Of a stretch of 64,000 nucleotides of DNA, positions 26,151 through 39,214 are shown piece after piece. The number at the start of each line of letters is the position of its first letter. The stretch's first letter is position 1. The notes under the pieces were generated by a model. It saw only the letters and a list, made by a program, of their open reading frames with translations, did no database searches and was not told the origin of the DNA. A program made the position numbers and the translations under genes. This DNA comes from Rhynchobatus australiae. Lineage: Eukaryota. The DNA lies in assembly GCA_034780895.1 (NCBI GenBank), contig JAUZTB010000068.1, positions 18,280,409 to 18,344,408 of the forward strand. Direction: 5' to 3'.

Positions 26151-27329
26151 AATGAAGTTGACATAATTCCTGCAGTGCATTTAAGGTTCACTAAGTTTTC
26201 TTCTGCATATTACAAAAATTGTCCAATTTTTTTGAAAAGAGTTACATTGATTGAAACTTGCCTGCTTGTAATGTAATTTTCAACCTCAGCAGAGACTGAA
26301 CAGNNNNNNNNNNNNNNNNNNNNNNNNNNNNNNNNNNNNNNNNNNNNNNNNNNNNNNNNNNNNNNNNNNNNNNNNNNNNNNNNNNNNNNNNNNNNNNNNN
26401 NNNCAGCAACACTCCATCATAATATGATGTTAATCCCAACTGGGTTGAAAATTATCAGTCACAGTCAGGGTTAACATTCCTTGATTTTATCTCTAAAGAG
26501 AATGCCAGGATCAATGCAAGATTGTAATGGGTTTTCCCCTAACCAGCAAGTTAAACAAAGTAGGACCTGTCAAAGTTCTCTGTTAGACTCATTTCAATCT
26601 CAATGACCTTTACTTAATCTGAATAGTCACAAAGTTTCTCATGGTTGATGAATTCAACAAGGATAGTTACCTTTGGCCGTAGAAAGTCACAATATGAATT
26701 GTGCAGAATTAGAGATGAGATAAACCTGACACTGTAACATCAATCGTGAAACTGAAGTGAATCTCTCTTTTGTATGCTCTCCTAATATAAGAATAGACAT
26801 ATTTCCAGAATTGTTCTTTGTGAAATAAACTTCAATTTCTTGCCACACAATTCTTTTGCTCTCCAAATACTATATTCCTCAGATTGTTTGTTAGACCCTC
26901 ATAAAACATGACAGCTATTACTTTACATTGCTACAAAAGAGACATCAGGGTATTTTTAAAATTTAGTCTAAATATCTCCCAGGCTGGACTCTACCTATCT
27001 TCGCATTCTGTATATACTGTTAAACAGCTTTCATACATATTGTTATACTGTGTACTTCAACCAATCAACATCAGAGAGCTTCAGGCAATCAAGTCCCAGA
27101 GATCATTGCCTTTAAATGTGTTGATTCAACCAACCAGGACCTAAAAAAGAGCAAGTAAATCATTAACAGAAATATGTCTAGGGATAATATGATCTCAGGA
27201 TCATTGTTGTGATATTCGCCAAGAACCTTAAACCAAGAGACGTGGAAAATTCATGGCTTCCTTGAATTCAGAACATTAATATAGGATCCATACTTGCACT
27301 ATGTCTTTCCTGACCTTAAAGTACTCTCT

Positions 27330-27675
27330 AGAGTCAGAGAATCATATGGCAGGGAAACATGTCCTTTGGCCCAAGTCCACATCAACGGTCAAACACCCAT
27401 TTACACTCATTCTACATTATTCCCATTTATTTTTATTCTCCCCATGTTCCCATCTATTTCCCCCTCATTTCAATCACTCACCTACACACTAGTGGCAATT
27501 TAAAGTGACGAATTAACCACATTTTTGGGATGTGGCAGGAAACCAGACTACACGAAGGAAACACAAGCAGTCACGGAAAAGAAGCAAAATCCACACTGAT
27601 GGCACCCAAGGTCAGGATTGAACCCAGGTCTCTGGTGCTGTGAGACAATGGCTCTACCAGCAGTGCCACTGTGCC
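27330..27675 (-). mobile_element. V-domain SINE with CR1-type tail
   Basis: Homologous to 17975-18326; reversed B box ggattgaaccc at ~27616-27626. Confidence 0.85.
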
Positions 27676-27689
27676 ACCCAATGACAAAG

Positions 27690-27790
27690 TTCAAAAGTGT
27701 AGTCACTGTTGTAATGTAGAAAACACAACTATCAAATTGTACATGGTAAGTGCCCACAGGAAATGTGATAATGACCAGACAGTCAGTAAA
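27690..27790 (-). mobile_element. Deu-domain SINE fragment
   Basis: aagtgtagtcactgttgtaatgtagaaaac..atgtgataatgaccaga. Confidence 0.6.
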
Positions 27791-29739
27791 ATAAACTGGA
27801 AAAAATAAAATTTGTGAGATCGTGCCCTGCGACATTGCCGGTATGTTGCGGACTTTCTCATAGTGTGTTTATATACATGAAGAAGGCTAATGTTGGAGAA
27901 GTGGAATGAAGCTTTGTCCAGTATGCTGACTCAACATTAAGTACCTGCTATACTTTTGTTTAGACACATTAAATTGCTTCTGATTCTCAAATTAATAAGG
28001 AAAACATACACAAAATCTCTCACTACGCCCTTTAACATTGCTTCATATGGCTCCCAAAGGGAGTGTTATAGAGACAGGCTGCTGTAATTTTCAACATTAG
28101 AAATTTATAGAAAATCCAATACAGTTGACCCTAATGATAATGAAGTTCTCAGGAGCCAGACATTTACTGTGTTACAATGAGGTGCATGCATAAAGCAAGA
28201 GGCGCTGAAATTCTGCTCCTGAAGCTGCTTTACTCTCTGCATGTCTCCATTACTTAACAGAAGATTGCAGACTGGGCAGTCTGAGTGTCTCACACAGAGT
28301 AATTGCCTTGGGCTAATGTTGCTCTGTATATCTTCCAAAACCAGATTAGTCTAAGAGAAAAAATTAAGGACTGCGTGAAACTCTCATTTGATATTATTAT
28401 ACTATAATTAAGGACAGGGTCAGCAATAAGTATCCCCCCTAACATAATCCAATTTTCTGTGTTGGTTCGAAACTATTTGATAGTTGTTTCAATTATTTAG
28501 TTATGGGTAGGAGGGACTTGTTGAGTAGATTGATTCTTGTAACCAGCTGGACTTTCGAAGCCTCACTGACAGGTGCTGCCTTTTTATAATACTGCTACAA
28601 ATGGCATAGTTTCTAGAGAGCGCAGAAACTTTATTACAGGAAATATGAGTCTTAAAATATTATTCTATTGAGTTCTGTTTTGTGGGATCCTATTTCTGAA
28701 TGATGCATGTGTGAAGTGTGTCTGATAATATTAATCCCATTTGCAAACCAGACTCCCATCAACTGCCTGAAGATTCAATCACTCACCTAGTGAAATTCCA
28801 TTCTGCTAGCATCACCTCACTAAATATTATTCCTTTTATCTTACCTCAACTTTTTCTTTCTATTAGTGACCTATTCTGACTTTCTCCTTCACTGTTCTTC
28901 ATTTAATGGGAGGAGCAGGTCAATTTGAAATCTTCTCACAAAGCAATGTTCTGGTCATCTAACAGGAGACCAGTACTGATATTGGTAGTGCAGAGTGTTT
29001 CTTGTCCTTCTGTTCTGTAACACAAAATATTCTATCAACTATTCAAACAGAGCTGCTAAATATAATTGAGTTAAAATGAAAGTTGAATTTGGGACTAGGG
29101 AACAGGAACAGTGCTGGGCTGCTAAAGTAGTCCCAAGGCAGAGCTTTAAAAGGTTTGCATTTCATGATTTCACCACAGCCAGCCTAAGTGGAGATGATTG
29201 GGTAATTCCCCTGTCAATCAAGATCAGTGATTGTGATTGATCTTATGCACATAATTTTTAAGTTACTATCAATTTTCTGGAGAAGTTTCTCTATTTTTAT
29301 TGGGAGAAGGCATTATATCTCTTTCCCCTGTTCTTCTGTTTTCTAAATAAATTAAGAAAACAGAAGAACTAGAAGGAAAAGCACTTCCACTGAGACAAGG
29401 GTGAAATCTTGTGCAAAGTTGAAATGTACATTTTTTTTTCTGTACAGAATACTTAGACATATATATGAAGCATTGAATGCTAGTAATTCAGCACATTGGT
29501 AAAATGTTTGAAAATGGAAGATGTTTAAGTTACTAATCTTAGCATATTAATATATATTAGAACACCAGCATTACATCTATAAAGTCTGATACTATGAGAG
29601 ATGTCCCGTGTAACATCTCCCTTCACTGTTTACTAATAACATCACTTATTAGAAAATAGGATACAATCCAACACACCATGCACATTCCCAAAGGAGATCT
29701 GATGCAAACACTTTCTCCATATATTCATCTTTTCTGTAA

Positions 29740-29960
29740 TACATTCTCAGTCATATTTTTGTTCCGTATGTCTGTCACATTTTTTCTTGCATGAACTTAA
29801 CTATTAGTTTTGTTTACCTTGTGAGGGTTCTTCAACATCTCAATTAGTTGTCATCCAAATAACCTGGAACATTCCTAGGCAGATCCATTAGGAACACACA
29901 ACATGGTAGCATTAGGGCAAACTTCACTTAATGCAACTTAGTATTGAACTCAAAATTCTC
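29740..29960 (-). mobile_element. Possible very old Gypsy RT fragment
   Basis: Minus strand LMDLPRNVPGYLDD (~29850-29893) followed downstream by KFMQEK. Confidence 0.35.
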
Positions 29961-30399
29961 ACCTTTGGTAATTGAAACAAAATGTGCATAGTTCACCCAC
30001 TCACTGAATAATCAGCTGATAAAACATATTCACGTGCAGAGTTCTATCATTTGTTCATAGATCTTTAGATACCCTAATCCCAATGCACAACTGATGATTT
30101 TCCCCCTCGAATTTTCTCTCCTTTCTTAAAACATAGTTTTTTATAGAACTCATTCATCCTGGCCCCTCCACTACTCCCAAAGCCATCATAATACTCAGTA
30201 AAGTCTACTTATCGATCAGGCCTATATCCAGATGAGACTGTAGATCAACAGAAGTCTGGCTTGCTACCTTCCAGTTGCACACTCTGGAAACAGACCATGG
30301 TGTTATTTGAGAATCCCAACACAAAGCTATAGGTCCATGTTGACCAGCAGCCTTCCAGTAAGGAGTGCAATCTCCATGTGAGGACATTTCCACTCCTTA

Positions 30400-31440
30400 C
30401 TGGAGTGCAAGGCAAGTAGGTTAATTGGATCCAAAAGGAGGCAGAGAGTAGAGTTGGGAGGATGCTTTTCTGATTGTAAACCAGTGATGTGCCCTGGAGA
30501 CCCGTGCTGGGACCATTGTTATTTGTGATATATATTAATGACTTGGATATGAATGTAGGAGGTGTAACTAGTAAGTTTGATGATGACACAAAAGTTGTGG
30601 ATAGTGAGGAAGTTTGTTTAAGGCTACAGCAGCATATAGGTCAGATGGAAAATTAGGCAGAGCATTGACAGAGAGAATTTAATCCCGACAAGTGTAAGGT
30701 GATGGTATGTTTGGAAGTCAAATAGGGGTAGGACACAAACAGTAAATGGTAGGGAGATTGAATGGTAAAAGGGACATTGATGAACAGAGAGACCTAGGGG
30801 TCCATGTCCATAGTTCTTGAAAGTGACAACACATAGGGTGGTGAAAAAGGCATAAGGCATGCTTGTCTTCTTAGGTCAGGGTATAAAAAGTATAAAGATC
30901 AGTTGCAACTTTACAAAACACTAATTAGGCTGCACTTTAAATATTGTGTGTAGTTCTGGTCGCCACACTACAGGAAGGATGTGATTGTGCTGGAAAGAAT
31001 ACAGGGATGATTCACCAGGATGTTGCCTGGATTGGAAGATTTTAGTTATGAGGAGAGAGTGGAGAGGCTGGGCTTGTTTTCCATGGAAGAAGGAGACGAA
31101 AGGCTGACCTGATAAAGGTATATAAGATTACAAGGGATATAGATAGGGTAGGTAGTCAGATTCTGTTTCCCATGGTAGGGGTATCCAAATCAAGAAGCAT
31201 AAGTTTCAGGTAAGAGAAAGGAGTTTTAAAGGGTAGTTGAGGGGAAAGTTTTTTCACACAGAGTGTGGTTGGTATCTGGAACTTGCAGCTGGAGGAGACG
31301 GTGAAGTCAGATATGATCACAATGTTTATTTAGGCAGGGACTTAAATAGGCAAAGCATAAAAGGATATAGACCTAGAGTGGGAAAATAGGATTAGTATGG
31401 ATGGGCAAAAATGTCACACGAACATGGTGAACCCAAGGAT
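30400..31440 (+). mobile_element. CR1 LINE RT region and 3' end (tail continues at 31731-31755)
   Basis: LGPLLFVIYINDLDMNVGGVTSKFDDDTK; FWSPHYRKDVIVLE; RMLPGLEDFSYEERVERLGLF. Confidence 0.92.
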
Positions 31441-31446
31441 CGACTT

Positions 31447-31729
31447 AGAACCATAGAACAATACAGCACAATACAGGCCCTTCAGCCTACCGTGTTGTGC
31501 CGCCCATCAAACACCATCTAACCCTTTCCTCCCGCATATCCCACTATCCCACATTCCTCCATATGCCTATCCAACAACCTCTTGNNNNNNNNNNNNNNNN
31601 NNNNNNNNNNNNNNNNNNNNNNNNNNNNNNNNNNNNNNNNNNNNNNNNNNNNNNNNNNNNNNNNNNNNNNNNNNNNNNNNNNNNGTCCTTCCTATAATGC
31701 GGCGACCAGAATTGAACACGGTACTCTAA
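31447..31729 (-). mobile_element. Younger CR1 3' end inserted in the tail of the preceding CR1 (mostly inside a gap)
   Basis: Reversed tail agaaccatagaacaatacagcacaatacaggccc; after the gap LEYRVQFWSPHYRKD on the minus strand, with CpGs retained. Confidence 0.8.
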
Positions 31730-34004
31730 GAATTCTGTACTGTAACGCTCTATAACAGTAAATGCTGGGCTACTTATCAGAGTTGAGATGACTGTGTTAT
31801 CTTCCAACTTCTATGTTACCCTCACCCCATCCTTTACTTAACTCTGCATTTCCAAATCTGGTTGCAGTCCTCTTGTCACTGCACAATCCAGCAAGTCTGA
31901 AGCCTGAACCAATGTTCCTTGTGTTTCCATGTCCATGTAATGCATTGAATATTGCACTTACTTGCTGAGTTACTTTGGGGGTGGAAAGGGGTTAATGTGG
32001 GAAGCAAACAGTGGTTCTTGTATTACTAACACAGTATGATTGCAAACTCTTATAGGTGAATGCTACTTATGAGTGTGCATTGACGCAAAATGTTTTGACT
32101 TCCCATCAATCCACATTATGCTGCGAGCTTTAGGTGTGAGGTCAACTGAAGTGCACTTATGCAAGGGGAACGAAATAACCTTGGTAACGTGACTTAATCC
32201 AGCTGAGGTATAACAGCGGCCAAGTTTAATAAGTTCATGAAACCAATTTCACCATCTGGGAATTATTGTAACTTCTTTTTCCAGTTTTGCATGTTAGTAA
32301 TGAACCAGTAAGACAGCTAACATTAAAATGTAACTAGTGCTTAGCTGGATGTAAATAGAGCTCAGTATATGTTGCACAGATCCTTCATCACTGGAGGAAG
32401 ATTGTCATACAACCAACTGCATAGCTATGGTCTGAAAGCCCTAGGTCAGTCAGCAGGCAGAGGTCCGAAAGCGTAACACTACCTCAAAAGCGTGCATGTG
32501 CATTGTGCAGCCAACAGAGTAATACATTTGCTCAAGACGACATTCTGATAACTTCTGCAACTGCTTATCACTCTGCATTCAAATGGAACAGCACTGCGAT
32601 TATGTGGTTATGTCACAAGTTACCGGATGAACCCTGGAACAGTTAATAATACTGCCTCCAACCTGTGTTTTAATGCATCTTAACACAGTATTGACAATCG
32701 TGGATTACAGTGAAATTTCTACTAGAGGCATCCAGGTCAGAATAACTATCTGTAATGCAAAATCATAAAATGTATTCCTGTTCCTCACTACACAGAACCA
32801 CTGATGAGAAATTCTACAAATGGTTGAACTGAGTAAATGAATTTGCAATATCTCCTACAAAGTGNNNNNNNNNNNNNNNNNNNNNNNNNNNNNNNNNNNN
32901 NNNNNNNNNNNNNNNNNNNNNNNNNNNNNNNNNNNNNNNNACCAGCAGAGATGTGAGCTGAGGATTTGACCATTATGATCATTGCCCTGCTTCTTGCAAG
33001 TTAAGCAACTCCCGTGGTATGAGGTGTTAGACACTACTGAATCAGTCTTGCACTAGGAACAGCTCTTCCATCACCTGCTGCACCAGTGCTGAGAGTGAAA
33101 AGGACATCAGGGAAGATCATGTCCTGGGTTAGTTTTGGGGGACACAGGATGGGAGCTGGAAGGTCTATAGACCAGGGGTGAGAGGAGGTGGTTGTTGACG
33201 ATTATCATGGAGCATGGCAAGGGTTGATAGGTGGCAATAAATGGTAATTGGACTAGCAATCATCAGTCAGAAGTTAGGGTATTAGTGTGTTGAGGCACTG
33301 CAGTCAGTTGTGGTGAGATATTAATTGTTTGCAGTTGACCATATTGTATGATTGGAAGTTAGAGGACTCAAGATGGCTGGTGATAAGTGGGTGTCATTGT
33401 GTTGGGTGGCATGTGACAGGTAGGGGTAGGGGTATTGATTTGAGAGATCACACATGGGTAGTGGGTTGACAGGTGATTGACGTAGTTGGATAAGGGTTGG
33501 GAGCTTGGTTATTGTGATTTACTTCTTGGGCAAGGTCTGAAGGAAAGGTGTTAGCAAATATTTAATCAGAATCTACCTGAGTCTCATTCCTTGAGCTGAG
33601 CTGGGATCTGCTCACAGAGACCCCTTTAAATCTGCAGAGCCAGTATTGGGATGTGAGTGACCAAAGGCAGACATGCTTTGGATCAGATATGACTTAATTG
33701 CTCCCAACAGCTTACTCTGCAATTGCACAAGTTAAGGGGGACCTCCTGAGTTGCCTGGCAGTGGGAACCTGAACCCAGTTCTCAATGAGCATCCTCCCAG
33801 GAATGGTGACAGTAAGTATACATTGGACATTAAAAATAGGTCATCTGCACAAGCACTATTTGTGACAGAAAGCATCCAAACTTCCAGGGTGGCAGGATTT
33901 AGGACTGAAGACCATGTGATTACATTGTGCTTCAGGAAATGTCGATCTTCATACACATGGTGCCAGAAAAGACAACGTTAAGTGACAGAATTCCTTGGCA
34001 ATAA

Positions 34005-34290
34005 ACACACACACAAACACGCACCCATACACACACACAAACACACACACACTATCACTCTCTCATGCTGTGCTCAGTACTCACACACAGTACTTTCATT
34101 CAGTAATTCCTCACATACAATGTTCCCATATGGTCCCACTCTCTCTCAAACACAGACAACACTCACATTGAGTCAGTCCGAGGTAAACACAAGGTTCTCA
34201 TCACTCAATGGCACACTCACTCTATATCCGTCCCCCACCATTCACTCACACCATTCACTTGCTCTCATACACACACACACAACACTCCTC
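34005..34290. repeat. Degenerate CA-rich simple repeat
   Basis: Interrupted (CA)n/(CACT)n. Confidence 0.7.
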
Positions 34291-37200
34291 TGACCCGAAT
34301 CAAAGATAGAAATAAATGAATGAATGAATGTGAGGCGCTTTACAATAACTGCTCCATTCAAGATCCAAAATCTGTCACGTTCATCTCTTGGATTCTGCTC
34401 TAAGGCACTTAAAAAGATCTGAGAATGAATGCTGGCATTTAGTCCATCTCACAACCCAACAGAGGGTTGGGTTAGAAAGGCAGACACTAGAAATGGACCC
34501 TCCGCAGTGCTGCATGCCTGTACAAAGGACCTGCTGTGCATGTTCCCAGCAGCACTCTAACTGCCAAACCTTTGATAGATTGCATAGTCCTTTGGATTAT
34601 TTTAATGGATCTGGGATTGTGGGGGCAGCATGAAGAGGGAACAAAACTTGGAATCAAAATACAAGCATTGATGGCATTCCCATTTTGAAATAAAACCTTT
34701 CAGGTCTAACAATGGTGATTTCCTTTTCAACATCAAAAATAATCCTATCCCTTCAAGATCTATAATTAATATTAGACAAAACTGAAAATGCTAGAAGTTC
34801 TCAGCAAGTCAGGCAGCATCCAGAGAGTTAATGAGCTGGATCGATGACTCTTTAATGTGGGATCTGGCTTGGTCATAATCATATTCATGACTTCCTGATA
34901 ATGCACAGCTGGCAGCAATATTCTCAGCCAACTCATCCTCTTGCTGCTGTTTCACATTGACACATAAGGTACTTCTCACATTGAGGATCTTCACATTGGC
35001 GGCAGAGTGTTGACTTTTGGCTCTGGAATTGAGGTAGCATTGTTACTGGTGCACTCATCTTCAGTTCCCCTTGGGCTGGGCTTTCCATGAGCTAGAAATC
35101 TGTGCTATTCTGCAGCATAAACAGTGTTACACCAAAGTGCTGCACCTTCAAAAGTTGGAGCAGGTAACACTTCTGGAGGCACAGAGCAACCAGAAATGCT
35201 TTAAAAATTTTGGTAAGCCCTCACTTTTCCTGACACTTCTGATTTCACTGCATTTCCCCAACAATGATGGATTTGAATTGGATGTTTATGTCTTTTCCCT
35301 TTATAATTGGCTGCTGGCCTCTACTGCAGTAAAACTCCAATAGTTCAGTACACTTGGGGCTTTGGTGGTGCCAATTGAGTAGATTTTCCAGACTATTGGA
35401 TGTTACAAATAATACCCAAACACATTTTTATTTCATTTTTTTTACCCTTTACACGGTAGTATAATAAGTTTTCCAGTGAATCTGGTGCTCTTCAAGGGAA
35501 CGAGAAATATACAAGCATTACGAATCCCGGCTCCAACTGCAAACATATCCATGGTCCTGACTCCCAATGTTCCTGACCACAACCCTGGCTTTGGCTGCAC
35601 ACCCAGCCCATAGTCCAGACCCCAGCCCCTGCCACACTCTGGACCCTCAGCTCTGGCCTCATACTCTGCTTATACTCAGGATGCCCAACTCACATTCTGG
35701 ACTAACAAGTGAGCTAGATGCTGGGCTATCAAGATTTCTGAACAATCAGATTACTGGAGTTTTATTTATTGTATTTTATTTACTGGAATGCTTGAGTTCT
35801 TGACCAAACCCTCACTGCTTAATTTGGAATATTTTTCATGATTTAACGTTACCTATTTGACTGGAAGCAATACCTAACTGATATCTATTCAGAGTTTGTG
35901 TTATTGCAAATAAATAAAGCAGCCCCATCAGAACCTACAGAACTGGAGTGGAAATAGATCATCCTCAACCAGGAAGGACTGATTAAAAGAGAAAAGNNNN
36001 NNNNNNNNNNNNNNNNNNNNNNNCACACACACACACACTATCTTAAAGGAACCTCACTAATTGTAACCTAGTCCGTAACACCTGTAACTGCAACGGCCAT
36101 AAATACATCATATTCAGGTTTGCTTATCAATAACTGTATCATATGAAAACTTATATTCCAGTATCCATGTTAAATGAGTGTTTAAAAAGTTTCAATTACT
36201 GGAATTTTGTGGATAATCATAACTGATAAAGCAACTTGGATCCAACCTTTCTGGAGATAGGCTGAGAGCTTTTCATTAAGTTCTGTGTCAGATAAGTTGG
36301 GAAACAAGCCTATCATACAACCATCCTCTGGGAATCTCTGATTAAAACTAAGGAATAAATCTTCATTTTCATCACCAGCTGTAATTTGTTAATATAATTG
36401 AGATGGGATCGGATGAGATTCAAGTGTGTTCAGTGAAGGGCTGAGACTAATCAATCCTAAACTGGCACGGGAGATAAACTACGGCCTTAATATTGCAAAC
36501 AAGAATCATCTTCATTATTTGATTTCAAGGAAACTAAAGAATATAAGATTTATCTTGTNNNNNNNNNNNNNNNNNNNNNNNNNNNNNNNNNNNNNNNNNN
36601 NNNNNNNNNNNNNNNNNNNNNNNNNNNNNNNNNNNNNNNNNNNNNNNNNNNNNNNNNNTCTTGTTAAACAAAATATTATTTGCTCACTTATAGGAGTAAC
36701 ATCATTTCTTGATTCTGAACCCAATTCATGTGCCAATCGGAACAAAGAGAGAATCAATTCACTTTTCAGTGCAGATAATCACATGGAATCTACTCTCCAA
36801 TGGGTGGAGAATAATCCAAGGTTTCTCTGTTTCAATCTCAATGTTTCACGTACAATTAAATCATGTGCAGAAAAGGACACATTCCAGATTATCAGGAATA
36901 TGAGGTCTGTCTACAGAAATGGCCAGTAATTTTGAATCAAGGAAATTATTCAGCAGAAACTTCCCATTATATTTCAGAACATATGCACTTTGTCGCCAGG
37001 ATTCAGGGCTTCACAGAGAACTCTTTTGCAAACAACTATTTTTAACAACTCACTCTGTAAAAACTGAGATAGTTAATATTTTAAACTAATCCAGGACTTT
37101 CTGAATGTAAATTTCCCACACTTTTTAGTTAACTCATCCAGAATGAAAGACTTTAGTGATATTACAAATAATTTTGGCAAGTTTGAGTATATTAAGCACA

Positions 37201-37874
37201 TGGCTAGCAGCTTAACCAGATAGCTGACCATTAATTGTATGTTAGTGGCAGTGCACTTTACAGAAAGTACATTACTTAATAAAATTGTGTGATCTTGCTG
37301 ATACCTTGAGCAAAATTGGAGTAAAACTGAACATTAATATACAATCAAGGCGCTATGAGTGAATTAAAACCATATGTCTAGATTTATAGCATTAGATTTT
37401 TAGGTGAGAAATGGTTTTTGCTGCTTTATAAACATGTATAAATTCTTGAATCACTGCTCAGTCACAGAGCTGTAAGTTTCCAGGAGGTTCATAATAAACT
37501 GCAAAATTGTTTAATTTTGGACTTTCGCAACCCAGGATTTTCAATGTAGTCGCAGTGTGCTGTATGACAGAAGGTCACACCAAGGGAGTAGGTGTGGGGG
37601 AAACGCTAAAATTTGTCTCATTCAAGATGTTATTCTATGGTTGGGCTCAACATGTACATTTTTTAAAACCCTAGGGCATGGGCAATATGAATAGTACAAG
37701 GAGCAAATAGTTACTAGTCTACATTGAGAATTGAAATGCTGTGCTGTACAATAACATCATTCTCAACAGAGGCAGCAAATCACATTGCTGTTTTCAAAAT
37801 CTATACACTAGTAGTAACAAGACAACCTCTTCAGCAAATTTCTGTTTTTTGTTGAAAGTTATAATTTTTCATAT

Positions 37875-38890
37875 TGGAGGCCTGTGACAAGCATTGCACT
37901 GCTGGGATTGGTGCTGGGTCCACTCTTGTTCATCAGCTATATTAACAATTTGGATGAGAATGTAGTTGGCGTGGTTAGTAGGTTTGGGGATGACACCAAA
38001 ATTGATGGTGTAGTGGAGAGTGAAGAAAGTTATCTAAGCTTACAGCAGGATCTAGATCAACAGGGAACGTGGGCCGAGGAATAGCAGATGGAATTTAACT
38101 CAGTCAAGTGCATTTTGGTAAGTTAAACCAGGGCAGAACTTACACAGTAAATGGCAGAGCCCTGGAGAGTATTGAAGAAAAGAGAAACCCAAAGGTACAA
38201 GTACATAATTCCCTGAGTGTGACAACACAGGTAGACAGGGGGAGAAGAAGGCAATTGGCACGCTTGCCTGTATCGCTCAGGGCACTGAGTACAAGAGTTG
38301 GGTTGTCATGTTACAACTGTCCAAGACATTGGTGAGACCACACTTGGAGTATTTTGTGCAATTCTGGTCACCCAGCTATAGGAAGGATGTCATTAAGCTG
38401 GGAAGGGTGCAGAAAGGATTCACGAGGATGCTACCAGGACTGGAGGACTTGAGTTATAAGGAGAAACTAGATAGGTTGGAGATTTTTTTCCCTGGAAGGT
38501 AGGAGACTGAGGGGTGACCTTATAGAGGTTTATAAAATCATGAAGGGCACAGATAAGATGAATGGTTACAGTCTTTCTTTCCCAGGGTAAAGAGTCTAAA
38601 ACTAGAGGGCATAGATTTAAGGTGAGAGGGTAAATATTGAAAGGGGATCTGAGGGGCAACATATTCATACAGGGGGTAATCAGTATGTGGAATGAGCTGG
38701 CCAGAGGCAGTGGTAAAGGCAGGTACAATTACAATATTTAAAAGACATTTGGACAAGCACATGTATGGAAAAGGTTCAGAGGGATATGGGCCAAATTCAG
38801 GCAACTGGGACTAGCTCAGTTAGACAACTTGGTCAGCACGGACAGGTTGGACTGAAGGGCCTGTTTCTGTGCAGTACAACTCTATGGCTC
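37875..38890 (+). mobile_element. CR1 LINE RT region and 3' end
   Basis: VLGPLLFISYINNLDENV..SRFGDDTK; LVRPHLEYFVQFWSPSYRKDVIKL; tail gaagggcctgtttctgtgcagtacaactctatg. Confidence 0.93.
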
Positions 38891-38907
38891 CATCATTGCG
38901 ATGCTTT

Positions 38908-39214
38908 ATAAGACAAGATAAGATAAGCTATCTTTATTAGTCACATGTACATCGAAACACACAGTGAAATGCATCTTTTGCGTAGAATGTTCTGGGAGCA
39001 GCCCACAAGTGTCGCCACACTTCCGGCACCAACATAGCATGCCTACAGCTTCCTAACTCGTACGTCTTTGGAATGTGGGAGAAAACCGGAGCACCCAGAG
39101 GAAACCCACGCAGACACTAGGAGAATATACAAATTCCTTACAGACCGCAGCCGGAATTGAACCCAGGTCACTTGCACTGTAATAGCGTTACACTAACCGC
39201 TACACTACTGTGCC
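38908..39214 (-). mobile_element. Full-length tRNA-derived V-domain SINE with (TCTTA)n tail
   Basis: Minus-strand head GGCACAGTAGTGTAGCGGTTAG (box A), box B GGGTTCAATTCC (39153-39164), V-domain, then tail ..CATGTGACTAATAAAGATAGCTTATCTTATCTT. Confidence 0.9.

Noticed and set aside
33100-33900. G-rich degenerate stretch (also 11380-11900, 35520-35700, 53435-54060) as non-autonomous DNA transposons
   Set aside because: Plausible, but I could not identify terminal inverted repeats or target duplications.
39130-39214. tRNA-like box A and box B
   Set aside because: They form the head of a SINE and run into the V-domain; not a tRNA gene.
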